A DNA stretch of 64,000 nt from Obrimoposthia wandeli (taxonomy: Eukaryota), in assembly GCA_977020255.1 (NCBI GenBank), contig CDROCS010000496.1, positions 496,001-560,000 of the forward strand. The letters run 5' to 3'. Made by a program: the position numbers and the translations under genes. The notes under the pieces are model-generated. The model did not search any database. It was not told the origin of the DNA and saw only the letters and a list, made by a program, of their open reading frames with translations. This document shows, in pieces, positions 57,301 through 64,000 of the stretch; the stretch's first letter is position 1, and every line of letters starts with the position of its first letter.

Positions 57301-58459
57301 TGGGGAATTAAGATAGGGGTGGTTCATAACATGGGTTCTAATGGAACATAACAGGCTTGATAACCAAGGGATTTTTTGGGACATAAGAAAATCTTCTCAA
57401 CCGATGATTTAGAAGAAATTTGCTTATTTTCCTTTATGACTACGTGATCCCACAGCGCCTACAAAAATCAAAATGTATATGTTGGAGTGTCAGTTGGATA
57501 TATATATATAACTGCAGTATTAAATTTCCTGGTGACTCAATTCATCACGTTAAATATATGTTGTTGAAGAGAAGAATTCCGACAGTTAAAGATCAGACAC
57601 GATTAAAATACATTATCTTAAAGATGGCCAGTCAGTACATCAAATAATACAATATCTCAAATGCCAGGGTGGGTTTCATGGGATCGCTTCTGATCTCGAT
57701 AAAAACTCAACATAAACATAGACTCGGTGCTTGATGGAGAAGTCCATTCAAAGTTCACCAGTTTGTACTTAGCCAAAGACAAAAACGATGATACTAACTA
57801 TTTCTAATAATGGTTCAGTTTATTATGAAGTCCACATCGGCTCTGTAGATCATGTTAAAATTGAGAATTGTATAATTATTCAAATTAAATTACCTATATA
57901 TAGAGGTAATAAAACATTGAAATAGGGTTAAATAGAATGGAAAAATTAATGATTTTTTAAATTAAAATAAAATTAGGAAAAAGTAATTTAGGACCTTGAA
58001 GAGGTCAGGTGTATAATGCGATATATATAAGAAGTTAATTAATTAAACAAAACAACAAAAACAACGAAATGGACAGAAAACCCACAGAGAAAAAGGAAGC
58101 ACAGGATAAATTAGAATCTATTAGTCCCAGACTTCTACGGGAAAAAACGTGAGAAAGCCGTCTGGCCATTAGCCTCAGACTGCTCCGGGAAAAGAAGAAC
58201 AGTAAGTGCACTTAGCTAAGTGCTACTAATTAATTTCTTTTTAGAAAAGATTTTCAGTAAATTGTCGCAGTATAAATTGACTGCAGTAAATTGTCGCAGA
58301 ATAAATTGGAGGTTGATTTAAAAGAAAATATAGAAAGTAATTCTGAATTTAGAAAAGCTATTGTAGCCGGAACATTGGAATAATAAATTGGAAAATAGCA
58401 AAATTAGAGAAAACAGTGAGTATCATTTTGCACACTGATTGATTTCTGTTCTTCAGGAA

Positions 58460-58653
58460 AAATATAAAGAGAGCACGAGCTCGGATATTGTACAGCGTTG
58501 AGAATAGCGATTCAGAAGAACTTCGGTGATCATGATTCAGCTGTTCGAAACAACAGGACAAATATAAAGAGAGCACGAGCTCGGATATTGTACAGCGTTG
58601 AGAATAGCGATTCAGAAGAACTTCGGTGATCATGATTCAGCTGTTCGAAACAA
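58460..58653. repeat. 100-bp direct repeat, two copies
   Basis: aatataaagagagcacgagctcggatattg...cagctgttcgaaacaac at 58461 and 58561. Confidence 0.92.
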
Positions 58654-59576
58654 CGCGGAGTGATTTCGGAAAGGATTAAAATACCAATACGACAGGAGAG
58701 CCAAGACAAGATCGAATTCTGGGAATCTCTGTGGACCTTTCAGTGGATTTTAGGCGAACTAATCGTTACAGTAGTAAGAGGTAAAATAATCTTTAATTTG
58801 AATAGCATTTTGAATAAAGATGATTGAATAAAGGTGTTAGGATTAGGTTTTGATTAATTTAAAATAATTAATTGTTTTTATACTAAAATAAAAATCCTTG
58901 AAAGCAAGGTTAAATATAGAATAAAATTAATTTTAAATTGACATTAAAATTGAAAGTGAAATAAAATCATCGAGAAAATATTAGGACCACGAAGGTCATA
59001 TGTAAACGTGTGCAGTATATATAGATATTAAAGCTACTGAAAAGGGCCCCCAAAAAGAAGTTAGCCAAAACAAAATTCAATTAAAAGAAGAATAATTCCA
59101 ATTAAAGAAGAATAACTATCTGGGAAGATAACAAGCAGTTACAGATCGAATTAGGAGGCTGAGAAGAGGACCAGCCGCTGCTCGATAGTCAGAGAGGATC
59201 CATTAGGATACAAGCAACAGGACGCTGAGAAAGGGACCAGCCGTCACCCGTTACTCAGTTTTGGGAGTACAGTAAGTGCATTAACTAAGTGCTTTCTACA
59301 AATTTCACTTGCATTTTAGCAACCAATTACAGAAAACGACGGGCAGAAGAAAATCGTTAATAAGAAACGATCAACAACGATTTTACACACAAAACAATTG
59401 TCTGGCTCGAAAAAGACTCGTTGATAAAATCCGAGCACTAAATCAATTTCAAATAAGACTGAAAATTCCCGTCGCAGTATCAAAATTAATTGATACATTG
59501 GAACGTCTCGTAAGAATATAAATTGACAAACGAACAAATTTAAAAACTACCATATCCAGAATCATCAACTAACACA

Positions 59577-60345
59577 GGAGTAAGCCGGAGTCTGCCGACA
59601 TTTGAGGAACCAAACGAAACTGAAGTACAGGATATTCGGAGTAAGCCGGAGTCTGCCGACATTTGAGGAACCGAACGAGACCGGACTTACAGGATATTCG
59701 GAGTAAGGTGAGAAGTAAAACGAAAAAACAAGAGTGAATTTGTAATCGTACCTTAAATTGAAATTGAATCGTTTATAAAGACAAGTGAATTATCATTTTA
59801 TTACTTTAAATTGAAATTGAATCGTTTACAAGAAGTGAATTGTCATTTTATTACTTTAAATTGAAATTGAATCGTTTACATGAAGTGAATTGTCATTTTA
59901 TTACCTTAAATTGAAACTGAATCGTTTATAAAGACAAGTGAATTGTCATTTTATTACTTTAAATGGAAATTGAATCGTTTATAAAGACAAGAAGTGAATT
60001 GTCATTTTATTACTTTCAATTGAAATTGAATCGTTTATAAAGACAAGAAGTGAATTGTCATTTTATTACTTTCAATTGAAATTGAATCGTTTATAAAGAC
60101 AAGAAGTGAATTGTCATTTTATTACTTTCAATTGAAATTGAATCGTTTATAAAGACAAGAAGTGAATTGTCATTTTATTACTTTCAATTGAAATTGAATC
60201 GTTTATAAAGACAAGAAGTGAATTGTCATTTTATTACTTTCAATTGAAATTGAATCGTTTATAAACCCAAGTGAATTGTCATTTTCTTACCATAAATTGA
60301 AATTGTATCGTTTATAAAGACGAGAGTGAATTGTAATTTTGGACC
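59577..60345. repeat. 61-bp repeat (two copies) followed by 56-bp tandem array (~10 copies) inside the composite LTR
   Basis: ggagtaagccggagtctgccgacatttgaggaacc... at 59577 and 59638; gtcattttattactttcaattgaaattgaatcgtttataaagacaagaagtgaatt with period 56. Confidence 0.92.
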
Positions 60346-61848
60346 CTAAATTAAGATTTTCAATCCCTATTTTAGAGCAACCAACTCTCTAAACTACCCA
60401 TATATTTTTAGAGCACCGGCTCTTTAAACTACTCATATTTTAAAGCACCAGCTCTCTAAACGAAATCCTTATTTTAGAGCAACCAGCTCTCCCAAAATCT
60501 ACCACCTTAACCTTGCCCACATTTTAGAGTAAAGACTCAACCAACCAACCTTAAATTAAAATCGATACGTGGATCATCCCCACTTGTTAGAGGTTTTGTG
60601 CAGAGTAAGGTCAAATCAGAGAATAAAATCATAGAAACATTAAATTAAAGGGAACTTTTAAAATTACTAAGACAAATTAAAATCGATACGTTAGGTTAGG
60701 GACATCCTCATTTAGTGTGTGAATTTGAATAAAGTGTCAAAGGATTAGATGCCTGTTAATTTTTAGAAAACATATTTAGTGTGGAATAAAGAATAGATCT
60801 TTCCTACAAAGTAGCGTTATCTTGGACAACCCACATAGGACTAGATCGATACCACCCCCTCCACACACCACAATAAGGGAACCCTTTCAGTAACCTATGC
60901 ACACAACTCTGTACACACCTCGCACTACATTAACACAAAATCCTTCAGACTTGAGATTAAATTAAGTAGGATAAAATCTAAATAGGCCACATACATACAG
61001 CTCTATTGCTACAGAACTCACGTTGGGGCCCTCCGGAAGAGGATCTAGTTCAAATAGAAACCCCAACAATCACATCATATATCAGAATTTTATTTTCATA
61101 ATTATCCCTGTATGCATGAGACTATAATAATTCAGGATAACACATCTATCCACCATTTCACTTTAACATCAAACGATCACATAATCATGAATTTGTACTC
61201 CAACGCCATTTTTAAAATTTCATATAAAACTACTTTTCAACTGTTAAAAGTGATTTGAGAAAAATTATACAAACATTTTAAGAATGTCTACAAATTACAG
61301 ATATGGTTATGGTAAAGAAAATTGAAGGTATCCTGAACATATCTACAAATTTAAGCCGCTACAAACATATCATAAATCTATCATGAAAGTTTGACGAGAA
61401 GGATATTTTATAAATATCATTTATAAATTCTGACAACCTAATTGCACTTAACTTTAATCATTATCAATATTCAGTAAGTGAAAATCAGTCAATCAGTAGA
61501 ATTTCTCCTTGGTAAAGTGCATCTTTAGTACAAATGCCAAGTTAATTTCATTAAATTTCTTATAAAAATTATGTATAAGTTTAAACATATTTTGCAAACT
61601 TAATAATAATTATTTTGGTATGGTAAACGTAAAATTTCACCACTAGAAAAATATGAATATTTATATTCACGAATGATAATATAATTATTTCTATGAATCA
61701 ACATAAACGATTTATCAAGTTGATTCCTTTTAAGGTTTTTGTCTGTTAAAAATATATAATCTAACACGAAAGTGAAATTAAAACGTATTATCCGATATTT
61801 ATAGATTCCTTTTTCTTAATTAAATATTTTAAAAAGTCATTCACTTAC

Positions 61849-62054
61849 CTTATACTGTAACGCCAAAATGAACGTCCAAGAAATCGGAAGAAGTCAACAG
61901 GATTTTTACTTCGAGTACTTAACCATTTTGGTAATTCTCCCAATTTAACAGTAGTCAAATGCTTATAATTTGGATCATAATTGATTGCCGGATTGTATGG
62001 TCCATGAACTTTAGCATTGTAATGTACAGGTAACTCACCAATACCAAGAACCAT
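61849..62054 (-). CDS. ATP5MF: Mitochondrial ATP synthase subunit f, first coding exon
   Basis: MVLGIGELPVHYNAKVHGPYNPAINY...VKLGELPKWLSTRSKNP..RSFWRY (family YN.KVHGPY.P and VKLGEL motifs); donor AG|GTAAGT at 61848, phase 2. Confidence 0.92.
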
Positions 62055-64000
62055 TATAAAATACTTTCTTTTAAATTTATTTACTTTTTCAAATAATTCA
62101 AAAATTTAAAACAATTTCACAATAAAAGTTATATTTGTGACAATTATTTTTAACTAAAAATTATATACTAATCAATAGGTTATCAAATTAGAAACTTATT
62201 CAAATATAATTTAGTTAAATAATCAATCTAAATAATTATAAATAAATAGAGATGATTAAATTATTTCATTTTAAGAAAACATTAATTTTTCAGTGTCCAA
62301 ATGTTTAGTTAAATTAAAATCATATAATCAAATATATAATTTAGATATACATTTACAAATATCTTCATAAACAAACATTTAAGGTATCTAAAGGTCAAAG
62401 ACACTCATGCCATACTAACCAATTCCAATAAAATTATTTGCATTTGATATAACAGCAACCTTAAGAAGATATTCTTTACCAAAGTCGTCATTGTCCATAA
62501 TTTGGCTTAAAATAAGTAGTTTTAGATTGTGACAAAAATCATATTGGTATGAAAGAGAATATGCCGTTGAATATTCCACTTGCAATATTTATTTATAAAT
62601 TCCTATGTAAACCTGTATAATATAAACTGTGTTGTGGAATCTAACTTTTGAATTATGTCAACGATAGAAACCATAATTGTTACCCCCGGCCTGCATGAGT
62701 GTCTGTTTAAAAGAAGCCAGTTTTCCATTTCTTCACGTTTATGACAAATTTCTTTTTTTGTATTCACGTCTCGAAAGCATCATCTGTCTTGTTATTCTTG
62801 TTAGATGATCAGACAGATATGTTATCATCATAGACAGTGCAACAAATGTATTGTGGTAAATATTCCGAAATTGAGTTGATGTGAAAGAGACAGAAAATGA
62901 ATAAAAAGTTAGTATTTGGAATTTACTATATTATCCGTTATAACATACATGGCCTCTCTGTTTGCCAGTACAGTAAAGGTTTACATAAGAAATTGCAATG
63001 GTACACTGGCGTAATGCATTTGTTTGAATTGGAAGACATTGCTTATGTTTTAGATGAAACAAGAGCTTGATTTTCTCAAGTCATCTAATTTTGAAAATCG
63101 GTATTTTCAGGGTGTTATCTAGAATTTAGAATTTTCTTCATAATATACTTGTCAGAAATAATGGTCAGATAATAGGGCTTCTAACTAACTGAGCGCAGAT
63201 TTCCTGCTTGAAGGACATCTTATTGATGTAGATTAAAATTTTTGGTTGAGCACTTTATTGAGTATAGGTTAAAAAATCAACCACCAGATTCCTTGAAATG
63301 TTACTAAGGTAGCTATCATTTGCTTCCAATTATAAAATTGACTTATCTGAAAATTACGACTTACCATAAGATTTATAATTAGATTAAATATCATGTTGTA
63401 TTGTATTACGCGAATATAAGAATATATCATGTAACGTAAAAGAAGAAGCTTGTTTGTCTAACAATTACTGGGTTATAAGCATTTTCTAAATGATGTTCAT
63501 GTGAAAAAAAGTGATTCTCAGGTTTAGAATTTTAGGAAATGAATTAAGTTTTCAGTGTCTAAATATATAATATAAATCGATCAAAAACACTCGCATCAGA
63601 TTAGAAAATTCCAATAAAACAGGTGCACAAAAAGATATTCTTGTCATAAACATAATTTGGAATATAATTTGAAACATTAATACAGATGTATGTATATACG
63701 TGTTTGCAAATAGCTGTATAGTTAAATGGGGTGGTTGGTGGTTATCGCTGCTACAATGCAGATTTTGGAGGTTACAACTAATGGTGAAGTTCACGGTATT
63801 GGACAGAATAACTTTATTCAAGACTCTGGATATATACAACTTTATAAACTCTCAATCCATAGGAAGATTGACCAGTTGGATCTGTTGTGTACCCATGGAG
63901 AGTAAATTGTTGAGATGATTATAGACTGGGGCCGTAGGAAGGCAGGAGCAAGCTGGTCAAATGGCTAGTTTAATTTCTCCATCTAGATCAGGTTTTCCAG

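Larger units (their letters stand above)
57853..61068 (+). mobile_element. Composite solo LTR (two LTR 5' ends, one 3' end) bounded by one TSD
   Basis: TGTTAAAATTGAGAATT at 57853, second start TGTTAGGATTAGG at 58835, single end GAAACCCCAACA at 61068; TSD ATCA (57849-52, 61069-72). Confidence 0.85.

Noticed and set aside
57100-57800. Possible minus-strand LINE RT relic
   Set aside because: Only vague resemblances (e.g. YFNRV for AFDRV); too degenerate to support.
61600-61765. Nearby acceptors as ATP5MF exon 2
   Set aside because: The phase-2 frame hits a stop within about 10 codons and no frame gives the TM segment or KYH end; the true match is at 12564-12687.

Overview
AT-rich animal nuclear DNA (spliceosomal genes, no operons; host possibly a flatworm, but this cannot be determined from sequence). 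Two convergent host genes frame the window: the last two exons of SCP2 (+, 98-907, ending in a PTS1 signal ARL*) and mitochondrial ATP synthase subunit f (-), whose two coding exons (62054-61849 and 12687-12564) appear to be separated by a single ~49.2-kb intron. Inside that intron, antisense to the gene, lies a very young 23.3-kb Ty3/Gypsy element (21754-45042; ~1.9-kb near-identical LTRs, 4-bp CTAT TSD, tRNA-Met PBS). Its coding region can be rebuilt as one ~5,360-aa polyprotein broken only by single-base indels, mostly in homopolymers: Gag(CCHC) - SUMO/Ub-like - AT-hook - Bcl-2-like - chuvirus/gB-type envelope glycoprotein - protease 1 - BIR-BIR-RING (IAP) - protease 2 - RT - RNase H - integrase - three Ig/TIG-like repeats - active DUSP + pseudo-DUSP - three signal/TM membrane proteins. 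Three separate small RING-H2 genes follow, one with a C-terminal SIM. It resembles an enveloped retrovirus-like element with a large-DNA-virus-style host-manipulation kit. The same intron holds solo, truncated and chimeric LTRs of related families (all in the same orientation, sharing a conserved U5 three-way junction) and an internally deleted hATm-like DNA transposon. The SCP2-ATP5MF intergenic region holds a piggyBac relic and a nest of an old Gypsy, an R2-like RLE LINE, a Buster hAT and a 1.2-kb insertion carrying a canonical type I hammerhead ribozyme. All domain calls are by-eye motif recognition, not database hits.
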